From Vicinamibacterales bacterium (GTDB taxonomy: Bacteria; Acidobacteriota; Vicinamibacteria; Vicinamibacterales; UBA2999), in NCBI GenBank assembly GCA_035537775.1, contig DATLLQ010000259.1, positions 5,937 through 69,936 of the forward strand: DNA of 64,000 nucleotides, read 5' to 3'. This document shows positions 25,154 through 34,249 of this stretch, one piece after another; the first letter of the stretch is position 1, and every line of letters begins with the position of its first letter. The notes under the pieces are model-generated. The model ran no database searches. It had not been told where the DNA came from and was given only the letters and a program-made list of their open reading frames with translations. Both the position numbers and the translations under genes were made by a program.

Positions 25154-25160
25154 CCCGCGC

Positions 25161-26711
25161 ATGAGAAAACTGGCTCTCGTTGCAATCTGCCTTGCGCTCG
25201 CATCCGGGAACGCAATGGCTCAGGACGCCAAAACGGTCATCGCCAGCGCGCAAAAGGCGCTCGGTGACGTGAAGGCGATCACATACTCCGGATCCGCAAA
25301 GGACGTGTCATTCCAGCAGTGCGGCGCCAACAAAGCCGACATGGTGTGCCGCGGCACGCACGACCCGATGCGGCCCATCGACAACTACGTCCGCGTGATC
25401 GATCTGTCCGCGCCTGCGTCGCGGGCGACCGGAACCACCAACAACATCGGCGCCGGCGGCTCGACGACCGTCGCGCCGGGAAACTTCAACCAGCAGATCG
25501 CCAACACGGACGTGTCTGCGCCCTGGAACACGACGCTCGAGTTCTATCTCACGCCGTGGGGTTTCCTGAAGGGTGCGTCGGAAAACGGCGCCACCGCGAG
25601 ACGTCAGGGCAACATGACGGTCCTCACCTGGAGCCCGAAGGTCATGGCGGCGTCCGGCAAGGCGTACACGATCAACGGCTACATCAACAACCAGAACCTC
25701 GTCGAGCGCGTCGAGACGTGGCTGGGCGACAACATCATGGGCGACATGCAGATCCTCGCCACCTACTCGGGCTGGAAGGATTTCGGCGGCGGCGCGATGG
25801 CGCCCGCGAAGATCGTGCAGACGCGCGGCGGGTGGCCGTTCTTCGAAGTCAGCGTGACGGCAGCACGCGCGAATCCCGCTGATCTCGCGACGATCGCTGT
25901 GCCTCCCGCACGCGGTGGCGGACCGGGCGGTCCCGGTGGCGGAGCGCCCGGCGGCGCGGCGCGCGGTGGCGGCGCTCCCGGCGGCGGAGCACCCGGCGGT
26001 GGCGCTCCTGGCGCAGGCAGGGGCGGACCGGGCGGCGCACCGGCGGCCATGACGGTGGAAACCGAGAAGCTGGGCGACGGCATCTACAGGTTCACCGCCG
26101 CCCCCGGCAGCTACGACGCGATCGTCGTCGACTTCCGCGACTACATCATGGTGCTCGAGGCGGGTGGAAACGAAGCGCGGTCGCTCGCGTACATCGCCGA
26201 AGCGAAGAAGCTGATCCCGAACAAGCAGATTCGCTACATCATGAATACGCATCCCCACTCAGACCACACCGGCGGACTCCCGACGTACATCGCCGAGGGT
26301 GCGACGCTCATCACGCATCGGAACAACCAGGCGTTCTTCGAGCGCGCGCTCAACACTCCGCGAACGCTGCTGACCGATACGCTCGCCAAGAGCCCGAAGA
26401 AAGCGCAGGTCGAAGCCGTCGGCGACAAGAAGGTCTACACCGACGGGACGCATACGGTGGAGTTCTACCATGTGCCCGGCGCGCCCCACTCCAACGGGCT
26501 GCTGATCGCGTACTTCCCGAAGGAGAAGGTGCTGTTCCAGGGTGACTTCTCGCTGCCTGGCAAGCCGGGCGAACCGGCCAACGATCACGTGAAGGCGCTG
26601 GGCCCGGTGGTAAAGAAGCTCAATCTCCCCTTCGAGCGCTACATCAACGTGCACGCGTCCGCGACGCCCCAGACCAGCAAGGACTTCTGGGATTCACTGG
26701 CGGTCAAGTAG
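25161..26711 (+). CDS. secreted MBL-fold metallo-hydrolase with N-terminal domain and Gly/Pro-rich linker
   Basis: Re-started at ATG 25161. Signal MRKLALVAICLALASGNAMAQ. MBL motif NTHPHSDHTGG. Low-complexity GGAPGG linker. Confidence 0.8.
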   Translation: MRKLALVAICLALASGNAMAQDAKTVIASAQKALGDVKAITYSGSAKDVSFQQCGANKADMVCRGTHDPMRPIDNYVRVIDLSAPASRATGTTNNIGAGGSTTVAPGNFNQQIANTDVSAPWNTTLEFYLTPWGFLKGASENGATARRQGNMTVLTWSPKVMAASGKAYTINGYINNQNLVERVETWLGDNIMGDMQILATYSGWKDFGGGAMAPAKIVQTRGGWPFFEVSVTAARANPADLATIAVPPARGGGPGGPGGGAPGGAARGGGAPGGGAPGGGAPGAGRGGPGGAPAAMTVETEKLGDGIYRFTAAPGSYDAIVVDFRDYIMVLEAGGNEARSLAYIAEAKKLIPNKQIRYIMNTHPHSDHTGGLPTYIAEGATLITHRNNQAFFERALNTPRTLLTDTLAKSPKKAQVEAVGDKKVYTDGTHTVEFYHVPGAPHSNGLLIAYFPKEKVLFQGDFSLPGKPGEPANDHVKALGPVVKKLNLPFERYINVHASATPQTSKDFWDSLAVK

Positions 26712-26772
26712 AAAAGCGCCTGCCTGACGACAACGGCGGCCGACGAGGCCGCCGTTGTTTCCCACACTCACT

Positions 26773-26797
26773 GGTCCGTCTGAAGGCGGACACTACG
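26773..26797 (+). repeat. REP-like element copy (GGTCCGTCTGAAGGCGGACACTACG)
   Basis: The stem has a T-G wobble that is only pairable on the + strand RNA. Ends 2 nt before ATG 26800. Confidence 0.65.
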
Positions 26798-26799
26798 CC

Positions 26800-28110
26800 A
26801 TGACTCAGATGCCTGCTCGCACGGCGCCTCCCCCATCCGTCCGCTGGCTGGTCCTGCTGTTCTCCAGCCTCGTGATGTTCGGGAACTACTACGTCTACGA
26901 CTCGATCGCGCCGCTCGCAGACATTCTGAGGACCGAACTCGGATTCAGCTCGACACAGGTCGGGACGCTCAACGCCATCTACAGCGCACCGAACATCGTG
27001 ATGGTCCTGATCGGCGGGGTGCTCGTCGATCGATTCGGCGCACGCAACGCCACGCTCGGGTTTACCGCTATCTGTTTCGTTGGCGCGTTGCTGCCGGCCA
27101 TGGCCGGGACGTTCGCCGCCCTCCTGCCGGCCGATAACGGGATGTTTGGCGTCATGGCCGCGGGACGCCTGCTCTTCGGGCTGGGTGCCGAGTCGATGAT
27201 CGTCGCCGTCACGGCGGCGCTCGGGCACTGGTTCAAGGGAAAGCAGCTCGGCTTCGCGTTCGGCCTGAACCTGAGCATTGCGCGCGCCGGTTCCTACGCA
27301 GCGGACATCTCACCCTCATGGGCCAGCGCCGCCTACGAGTCGGGATGGCGGGCACCGCTCTTTGTTGCGCTCGCGTTTGCCGCCATCTCGCTGATCGCCG
27401 CCTGCCTCTACTGGGCCGTCGATCGTGCCGCCGAACGGAACTACGCCCTCGGTCACGCGCAGCAGAGCGACCGCATCGTCTGGTCCGATCTCTGGCGATT
27501 CAACCGCTCCTACTGGTACATCGTCGGCCTCTGCGTCACCTTCTACTCAGTGATCTTTCCGTTCCGCAGCACCTTCGCGATTGAGTACTTTCAGAACGCG
27601 AGAGGCCTTTCGCTCGAAGCGGCCGGTCACATGAACGGCTACGTCTTTCTCGCCGCGATCTTCGCCACCCCATTATTCGGCTTCATCGTCGATCGAGTCG
27701 GCAGGCGCAGCGTCGCGATGGTCATCGGCTCGCTCCTCCTGCTGGCCGTCTTCCCGACGCTGCTCTTCACCACCTGGGACCTCTGGGTGACCACGGTGAT
27801 GATCGGCATCGCCTTCTCGCTCGTCCCCGCGGTGCTCTGGCCGTCCATTCCGTATCTGGTCGAGGAACAACGCCTCGGCACGGCACTCGGGCTGATGACG
27901 ATGCTGCAGAACGTCGGGTTGACCGTGATCAATGTCGCCGCCGGGGCATTGAACGATTTGGGAGGCGCCAGCGCCTCGAATCCAGACGGCTATCGACCCA
28001 TGCTGTTCATGTTTGCGGCACTGAGCCTGGCCGGGCTGGTCTTCTCCGCACTGCTGCGAAGGCGGGAAGCAGGCCCGCACGGCCACGGATTGGAGACGGT
28101 GCGCGCCTGA
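26800..28110 (+). CDS. MFS transporter
   Basis: Re-started at ATG 26800. About 12 hydrophobic helices with an MFS-type loop (GVLVDRFGARNA). Confidence 0.85.
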   Translation: MTQMPARTAPPPSVRWLVLLFSSLVMFGNYYVYDSIAPLADILRTELGFSSTQVGTLNAIYSAPNIVMVLIGGVLVDRFGARNATLGFTAICFVGALLPAMAGTFAALLPADNGMFGVMAAGRLLFGLGAESMIVAVTAALGHWFKGKQLGFAFGLNLSIARAGSYAADISPSWASAAYESGWRAPLFVALAFAAISLIAACLYWAVDRAAERNYALGHAQQSDRIVWSDLWRFNRSYWYIVGLCVTFYSVIFPFRSTFAIEYFQNARGLSLEAAGHMNGYVFLAAIFATPLFGFIVDRVGRRSVAMVIGSLLLLAVFPTLLFTTWDLWVTTVMIGIAFSLVPAVLWPSIPYLVEEQRLGTALGLMTMLQNVGLTVINVAAGALNDLGGASASNPDGYRPMLFMFAALSLAGLVFSALLRRREAGPHGHGLETVRA

Positions 28111-28255
28111 TCGCCGACTGAACGGCTACGGAACGTCCGGAGAGATCGGTGACGTCTCGCAGGCTGTCACAACCAACAGAATCGCCAGATCAATGAGGCG
28201 TCTGAGCGCCGATTGGCCACGGGCAACCTCCCGGCCCGTTGGAGCGCCGCAAGGT

Positions 28256-28657
28256 TTATGGCGTCAGCCGCCCGGGGGTGATCAGCGAACACACAAAAAA
28301 GTGATCGGCCACATCCTGAATCCCGTTGCGGTTGAGATCCTCAAAGAATCGACCGTTCAGGAAGCCCGGCTGCCCGGGACCGAACGCCGTTCGACCGGCG
28401 ATTAGCAGTTGAAACTCACCATGCATCGTCACTCGATCGGTGACGAGACGGGTGTCGAAGAACAGCCCCTGACTGATGACGAATATGACGCCGCAATTGC
28501 GGTCGCTTCTTGCGTTCAACGTCCATGTCGCCGAACGTATCTCGTCCGTTGTGCTGCCTTCCCCACCCGCGTCAGGAGAGGTTGGGGAGTCCGAGCACGC
28601 TGCTGCGATCAGGCACGCAGCGGCCAGAACTGTAAGTCGACGTGCGTTGAGAGCCAT
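28256..28657 (-). CDS. hypothetical secreted protein or lipoprotein (133 aa)
   Basis: Re-started at ATG 28657 with a GGAGG RBS. Signal MALNARRLTVLAAACLIAAAC. No family recognised. Confidence 0.5.
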   Translation of the reverse strand: MALNARRLTVLAAACLIAAACSDSPTSPDAGGEGSTTDEIRSATWTLNARSDRNCGVIFVISQGLFFDTRLVTDRVTMHGEFQLLIAGRTAFGPGQPGFLNGRFFEDLNRNGIQDVADHFFVCSLITPGRLTP

Positions 28658-28777
28658 CGGCGCCTCCTTGAAAGCGGCGATCGCTGCAAGGCACGTGCAC
28701 AACTTTTCTCGCTGTTTCACTATGGAACACGCAGCTCAACCAGCTGCAGTTCGAAACGGTCTCGTAACGACGCCGGG

Positions 28778-30280
28778 CTACGGTGCTGCCGGCCGCGCGG
28801 GACGCTGAGGACCAGGGCCTTCCTTGCCACCGGCTTTCTTCAGCAAGGCCACGGTGCTCTCATGCGGCACAGGAAGCTGGCCGACGATGGTCTTGCCGAG
28901 CGCGACGTCGAGAGGCGTGTAGCCCTGCTTGCTCGTCGCGTTGACGTCCATCTTCTGGTCGAGCAGGAACTGGACGATGGTGTCGGCGCCGCGCAGGGCC
29001 GCGCCGTGGAGCGCGTTTTCACCGCGTGTGTTGGTCTGGTTGATGTCGAGGCCCGCGGCCATCATCACCTTGAGCGCGTCGAGCGCGTCGCTCTCCGAGC
29101 CGCGCGTGTTCTTGTCGCGATAGCCGATTCCCGCCGCAAACATCAGCGCGTTCGTGCCGTCCTTCGTCGCCTGCTTGGGATCGACACCCTTTTCAAGAAG
29201 CAGGCGCATCACCGCGTGGTCGCCTGCCCGTGCGGCACGCATCATCGGCGTGGCGCCGGCGCCCAGCGTGTTGTCTCCGAAGTCCATCCCGCTGCGAACA
29301 GTGAGCGGACGATTCAGCGGAACGTCGAGCTTCGCGCCGTGATCGATGATGGCCTTCACAACTTCCAGCGACGGCAGCGGGTCCTCGAGCGGGCGATTCG
29401 GCATCGCCGTCCAGTCCTCGTTGCGGATGTCGATCGCCGCGTACAGCGCCGTCCGCCCACCGGCATCGACGATGTTGACGTCGGCGCCGCGTTCGATCAG
29501 GAACTTCGCCAGGGTGTACTGCTTGTTCATGAGCGCGGCGACGAGCGGAGAGACCTTGTCCACGTCACCGTGATTGATATCCACGCCGGCGTCGAGCATG
29601 ACGCGCGCCGACTCGAGGTCGCCTTCGCGCGCCGCGAACATCAGCGCCGTGAAGCCCCCTCGGGGAATTGGCGAGATCGACGAGGCGGCGCTCAGCCGAG
29701 GCGGACGCGTCTCGCGGTCGAATGAACGGATCTTCCAGTCAGCGCCGCGTTCGAGCAGCAGCTTGACGATCGGCGCATGACGCTCCGCCGCCGCCCACAT
29801 CAATGCCGTCTGGCCCTTGTACTTTTCGCGTGCGTTCACGTCGGCGCCGCGATCGAGGAGCATGCGCACGGAGTCGATGTTGCCGCTGCGGGCGGCGCTC
29901 ATGAGCACCGTCTCGCCGTCCAGCGTGGCCAGCGCTTTCGCATCAGCACCGGCGTCCAGGAGGAGCTTCAACAACTCGGCGTTGCCGGACAGCGCAGCCT
30001 CTGACAGCGGCGACGCGCCAAAACGGTTCGTCGCCGACGGGGTGGCGCCGGCCTTGAGCAGGAGCCTCGTCGTCTCGGCGTCGTTGTAATGCACCGCCCA
30101 GTGCAATGCCGTCGTGCCGTCCGCCTGCGGAGCGTTGACATTGACGCGCTTGGTCACCAGCGCGCGCAACGCCGGCGCGTCCTTCCGCTGCGCCGCGTCG
30201 GCGGCCTCCGATCCGGCGGCAAAAGCAAGCGTCGGCGCGGCGATGAGCACCGCGGTCAGAAAGCTCGTGAGTGATCGCAT
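28778..30280 (-). CDS. secreted ankyrin-repeat protein (500 aa), module copy 1
   Basis: Signal MRSLTSFLTAVLIAAPTLAFAAG. Ankyrin units throughout (GTTALHWAVHYNDAETTRLLLKAGA, ETVLMSAARSGNIDSVRMLLDRGADVN, etc.). Confidence 0.85.
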   Translation of the reverse strand: MRSLTSFLTAVLIAAPTLAFAAGSEAADAAQRKDAPALRALVTKRVNVNAPQADGTTALHWAVHYNDAETTRLLLKAGATPSATNRFGASPLSEAALSGNAELLKLLLDAGADAKALATLDGETVLMSAARSGNIDSVRMLLDRGADVNAREKYKGQTALMWAAAERHAPIVKLLLERGADWKIRSFDRETRPPRLSAASSISPIPRGGFTALMFAAREGDLESARVMLDAGVDINHGDVDKVSPLVAALMNKQYTLAKFLIERGADVNIVDAGGRTALYAAIDIRNEDWTAMPNRPLEDPLPSLEVVKAIIDHGAKLDVPLNRPLTVRSGMDFGDNTLGAGATPMMRAARAGDHAVMRLLLEKGVDPKQATKDGTNALMFAAGIGYRDKNTRGSESDALDALKVMMAAGLDINQTNTRGENALHGAALRGADTIVQFLLDQKMDVNATSKQGYTPLDVALGKTIVGQLPVPHESTVALLKKAGGKEGPGPQRPARPAAP

Positions 30281-30294
30281 GGCTGTCGTTTGCC

Positions 30295-31644
30295 TCAGAG
30301 TTCCGTCAGGAGCCCGGTACTGTCGCCGACCTTTTCCTGCTCGACGCCCGCCTTGTTCAGGATCGACACCAGCAGGTTCGACATCGGCGTGCCCTCCGGA
30401 TACATCAGGTGCCGTCCGCCCTTGAGCCGGCCGCTCGCGCCACCGGCCACCATCACCGGCAACGGTGCATGGTCGTGGACGTTGCTGTTGCTCATCGCGC
30501 TGCCGTAGAGCACGAGCGAGTGATCGAGCAGCGAGCCATCGCCGTCGGCCGTGCTCTTCAGCCGGTCGAGGAAGTGCGACACCAGGGACACGTGGTAGGT
30601 GTTGATCCTTGCCAGCGCCGCGAGACGCTGCTGGCTGTTCTGATGGTGAGACGCCGGATGGAAGGCTTCCGAGATACCGAGCTTCGGGAACGTCCGGTAG
30701 CTCACTTCGCGCGCCATCATGAACGTCGAGACGCGGGTGATGTCGGCCTGGAACGCGATGGCCATCAGGTCGAACATCAGCTTGGTGTGCTCTTCGAAGT
30801 CGTCGGGAATGCCTGTTGGCGACGCCGGAACGTCGAGGTTGGGATTGGCGGCCTGACGTTCCGAGATCTGGATGCGCCGCTCGATCTCACGGACGGAGTC
30901 GAGATACTCCGCCACGCGATTGCGATCCTTCGTGCCCAGATCGCCCTGGAGCCGGCGCACCTGGCCGGTGACGGCGTCGAGGATGCTGCGCTGCGTTTCG
31001 ATGCGCTGCATGCGCTCCTTCGCGGTGGCGCCGTCGCCAAACATGCGATCGAAGACCACGCGCGGGTTGATCTCCATCGGCATCGGCGAGGTCGGCGTCC
31101 GCCACGAGATCGTGTTCATGTAAGTGCAGCTGAACCCGACGTCGCACGAGCCGACGAGACCGCTGTAGTCCTCGATGGCGAGCTCGAGCGAAGGCAGCAG
31201 CGTGTCCTGACCGATCTTCTCCGCCGCCATCTGGTCGATGGTCGTACCTGCCTGGATGTCCGCGCCGTCGGTGCGCTTCGGATGCACGCCGTTCAGGAAC
31301 ACCGCCGGGCAACGCGTGTGGTCGCCGCCGTTGTCGCCGGGCCCCTGCGGGCCGGCCATCGCGTGGGCGAGGTTGCTGAGCACGACGACCTGATCCTTGT
31401 GCGCCGCCAGCGGCGACAGGATCGGCGACAGCTCCAGCGCGCCGGTCGCGGCCGGCGTCCACTGATTCATCACCGCGCCGTGCGGGATGAAGCAGAGCGC
31501 CAGGCGCGTGCGCGCCCGGGCAGCGGTCTGCGCAAGCGCGGTGCTTGCCGGCACCATCGCGTCCAACAGGGGCAGCGACATCGTCACGCCGACACCACGA
31601 AGGAATGTCCGCCGCGACAGATGCTTCTTGAAGATGATGCTCAT
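30295..31644 (-). CDS. DUF1552 family protein with twin-arginine signal, module copy 1
   Basis: Re-started at ATG 31644 (ATGA overlap with the upstream stop). MSIIFKKHLSRRTFLRGVGVTMSLPLLDAM. Collinear with the paralog at 51580-52917. Confidence 0.85.
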   Translation of the reverse strand: MSIIFKKHLSRRTFLRGVGVTMSLPLLDAMVPASTALAQTAARARTRLALCFIPHGAVMNQWTPAATGALELSPILSPLAAHKDQVVVLSNLAHAMAGPQGPGDNGGDHTRCPAVFLNGVHPKRTDGADIQAGTTIDQMAAEKIGQDTLLPSLELAIEDYSGLVGSCDVGFSCTYMNTISWRTPTSPMPMEINPRVVFDRMFGDGATAKERMQRIETQRSILDAVTGQVRRLQGDLGTKDRNRVAEYLDSVREIERRIQISERQAANPNLDVPASPTGIPDDFEEHTKLMFDLMAIAFQADITRVSTFMMAREVSYRTFPKLGISEAFHPASHHQNSQQRLAALARINTYHVSLVSHFLDRLKSTADGDGSLLDHSLVLYGSAMSNSNVHDHAPLPVMVAGGASGRLKGGRHLMYPEGTPMSNLLVSILNKAGVEQEKVGDSTGLLTEL

Positions 31645-34082
31645 CGACTCGCTCTCCTTGACGACTCGGTCACCGGCGTCCCGCTGATCTCCTTCATCTG
31701 GAACGGCACGCTGCGCGCCACTCCCAGGACGATCGACGAGAAACGGTAGTTCGTGGCGCGGGCGTCCTGGACGATCCTGCGGACGGCCGGCATGTCGTAG
31801 TGCTCGAGACCACGGCCCATGGCGTAGGTCAGCATCTTCTCGGTCAACACGCCGACGAAGACTTCCGGACGGCGGGCGATCTCGCGGCGCAGCGCAGCGG
31901 CGCCGTCGACGGCCGCGCCCGTAAAGAGAGTGCCCTTCGGATCGATCGGCTGGCCGTCTTCCTTGCTTCTCCACCGGCCGACGCCGTCGAAGTTCTCCAT
32001 GGCAAACCCGATCGGGTCCATCGCCCGGTGGCAGCCGGCGCAGACGGGATTCGTCCGGTGCTTCTCCATCCGCTCACGCAGCGACACCACCTTCCCCTCC
32101 GCTCCGCTCTCGGGAAGCGGCGGGATGTTCGGCGGCGGCGGATTCGGTGGAACGCCGAGGAGGTTCGTCAGGATCCACTTGCCGCGCTCGACGGGTGAGG
32201 TGCGGTTCGGGTACGACGTGACGGTCAGGATGCTGGCCTGGCCGAGGAGGCCGCGGCGGGTCTCCGGAAGCGGCACGCGACGGAATCGGCTGCCGTAAAT
32301 ATTCGGCATCCCGTAGTGACGCGCCAGGCGTTCGTTGACGAACGTGTAGTCCGCGTTCAGCAGGTCCATCACGCTGCGGTCCTCGCGCATGATGCTGTCG
32401 AAGAAGAGCTCCGTCTCCTGCTTCATCGACTGACGGAGGTTGTCATCGAAGTCCGGGAACGCCGCGAGATCGGGATTCGAGTTCTTCAGGTTGCGCAGAT
32501 GCAGCCACTGCTCGGCGAAGTTGTCGATCAGCGTTTTCGAGCGCGGATCGGCCAGCATCCGACGAACCTGCTGCTCGAGAACCGCCGGCTGCTTCAATCG
32601 GCCTTGCGCCGCCAGCGTGATGAGCTGTTCGTCCGGCAGGGTGCTCCAGAGAAAGAACGAGAGGCGCGAGGCGAGCTGGAGATCGCCGAGCCTGTAGACG
32701 TTGCCCGCCTTCGAGGCCGCCGCTCGCGCTGGTGCCGGGTCCGGCTCCACCCGGAACAGGAACTCCGGGCTCGCGAGAATGAACTGCAGTGCGGACTCGA
32801 TGCCGCGCTCGAAGCTCCCGCTGCTCTTCCGTCCGCGGCTGTAGAAGTCCATGAGGACGTCAATCGACGCGCGATCCACCGGACGGCGATATGCCTGCCG
32901 CGCGAGCGACGACAGAATCTGCCGCGCGCAGGCCGTCTCCTGCGAAGCCGCCGTCGGCCTGCAGGACAGGATCTTGCGGCGCGACGCGCTGTCGCCCGGC
33001 CCCGACGCGGCAAACGGTCCCTCGATCGTGATGCGATCGACCGACGGGTCGCCCATGATGTCGAGTCCGTCCACGGTCGTCCGGATGAACGGCTTGATCA
33101 GGTCGTCGCGCGGCGCATGGCTCTTGAGCACGGTGGTCGCCCAGATCTTGTGCGTGCCCGCCTTCACCTTCAGCCGGACGGTCAGCTTCTTGTCGAGCTC
33201 GGCGCCGAACGTCCCCGGGTTCTCGGCCATCCTGCCGAAATCCTCGCGGCCGCCGGCCGTGACGACCACGAGCCGCTCGCCATTCATTGCGACCTCGATG
33301 TCGTGCGGGTCTTCCATGCCGCGCATCAGGTCGAAGGTGTTGCGCCACAGGCGCAGCCTGATCACGTACTCGCCGTCCACCGGGAACGCGTGCTCGACCA
33401 GCATGCCGCCCCGCGTGCCCGGCGGCAGTCCCTCGATGTGCTGGTCCTGAGACAGGTCTGGCCGGACACGATAGGTGATCGTGCTCGGCTGGATGGCGAC
33501 GTTCCCCAGCGCCGCCCGGCTGATGTTCCAGGACGCGGAGAGATACCGCTCCATCAGCGACGCCGAGACGGTCAGCACGTCCGCAATGTTGTCGAACCCG
33601 CTGCTCTCATCGTCTGGCGGGAGAAGAGCCGTCGAATCGATCTCGAGCGATAGCAGATCGCGGATCGCGTTCGCGTACTCTGCCCGATTCAGACGATGGA
33701 GGGCCGTCCGGCCAGGGCGCGGATTCGCCGCCGCGGCACGATCGATAGACGACTCCAGGTAGCCGACGAAACCGTCGAGAGTGGGCGCGTCGGGACGCGG
33801 CATCCCGGCCGGCGGCATCATCCCCGCGCGCACCTTCCGGATCACCTTCTCCCACAACTCCGCGGATTTCGGAACGTCCGCGAGATCGACGTGTTCGAGG
33901 GTCAGTTCACCTGTGCGCGTCTTGTCGTTGTGACACGTAACGCAATAGGTCTTGACCAGGGCAGCGTGGGACGCCGGCGGCGCTGCTGCCGGGGCAGTCG
34001 TGCCCTGTGCCGACCCGGTCGGTCCGGTGAGGAAGAACGCGAGAAGAAAGGCGGCGCCCGCCGCAGAAAGTATGGTCCGCAC
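31641..34082 (-). CDS. DUF1592/DUF1588/DUF1587/DUF1585/DUF1595-type multidomain protein with N-terminal cytochrome-c motif, module copy 1
   Basis: Signal-like N-terminus. Heme-c site CVTCHNDK. Later CAGCH motif. Collinear with the paralog at 49265-51580. Confidence 0.85.
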   Translation of the reverse strand: MRTILSAAGAAFLLAFFLTGPTGSAQGTTAPAAAPPASHAALVKTYCVTCHNDKTRTGELTLEHVDLADVPKSAELWEKVIRKVRAGMMPPAGMPRPDAPTLDGFVGYLESSIDRAAAANPRPGRTALHRLNRAEYANAIRDLLSLEIDSTALLPPDDESSGFDNIADVLTVSASLMERYLSASWNISRAALGNVAIQPSTITYRVRPDLSQDQHIEGLPPGTRGGMLVEHAFPVDGEYVIRLRLWRNTFDLMRGMEDPHDIEVAMNGERLVVVTAGGREDFGRMAENPGTFGAELDKKLTVRLKVKAGTHKIWATTVLKSHAPRDDLIKPFIRTTVDGLDIMGDPSVDRITIEGPFAASGPGDSASRRKILSCRPTAASQETACARQILSSLARQAYRRPVDRASIDVLMDFYSRGRKSSGSFERGIESALQFILASPEFLFRVEPDPAPARAAASKAGNVYRLGDLQLASRLSFFLWSTLPDEQLITLAAQGRLKQPAVLEQQVRRMLADPRSKTLIDNFAEQWLHLRNLKNSNPDLAAFPDFDDNLRQSMKQETELFFDSIMREDRSVMDLLNADYTFVNERLARHYGMPNIYGSRFRRVPLPETRRGLLGQASILTVTSYPNRTSPVERGKWILTNLLGVPPNPPPPNIPPLPESGAEGKVVSLRERMEKHRTNPVCAGCHRAMDPIGFAMENFDGVGRWRSKEDGQPIDPKGTLFTGAAVDGAAALRREIARRPEVFVGVLTEKMLTYAMGRGLEHYDMPAVRRIVQDARATNYRFSSIVLGVARSVPFQMKEISGTPVTESSRRASR

Positions 34083-34213
34083 GTCAGCTCCGGGACGGAC
34101 ATTATCCCACCGAAGCCCCCGTGGTCCGGACCATTCAGCTTGGAGGCAGCGGCCGACGAGGTCGCCGGCTGCGCCTTTGATTTTGACGGCGATCTCGCGC
34201 CCTTCCGGGAGGC

Positions 34214-34243
34214 TTGACGTGCCGTGAGTTAATTGACTAGTTT
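34214..34243 (+). promoter_or_regulatory. putative promoter of the TetR-exporter operon (-35 TTGACG, 18-nt spacer, -10 TAGTTT) giving a leaderless transcript
   Basis: TTGACG at 34214-34219 and TAGTTT at 34238-34243. ATG 34250 lies 6 nt after the -10. No SD. Embedded in the AT-rich TTAAT-repeat region 34229-34259. Confidence 0.4.
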
Positions 34244-34249
34244 AATTAA

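Noticed and set aside
24786-25160. N-terminal extensions of track ORFs (24786 for the MBL gene, 26755 for the MFS gene, 62128 for the DUF523 gene, 46362 for the OMP gene, and others)
   Set aside because: The extensions run through intergenic REP hairpins (translated as ...PPEGGHY...) or through the neighbouring gene. Signal peptides, RBS or -10 context and family N-termini all support the downstream starts.
25900-26050. Short GC-rich tandem repeats considered as a CRISPR-like or VNTR locus
   Set aside because: The repeats are in frame inside a CDS and encode a GGAPGG linker. There is no repeat-spacer organisation and there are no cas genes.
28409-31749. Long plus-strand ORFs (28409-29725 and 30271-31749) opposite the ankyrin and DUF1552 genes
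   Set aside because: The minus-strand products have signal peptides, ankyrin repeats and a paralogue elsewhere in the window. The plus-strand translations are Arg/His/Asp-rich with no motifs.
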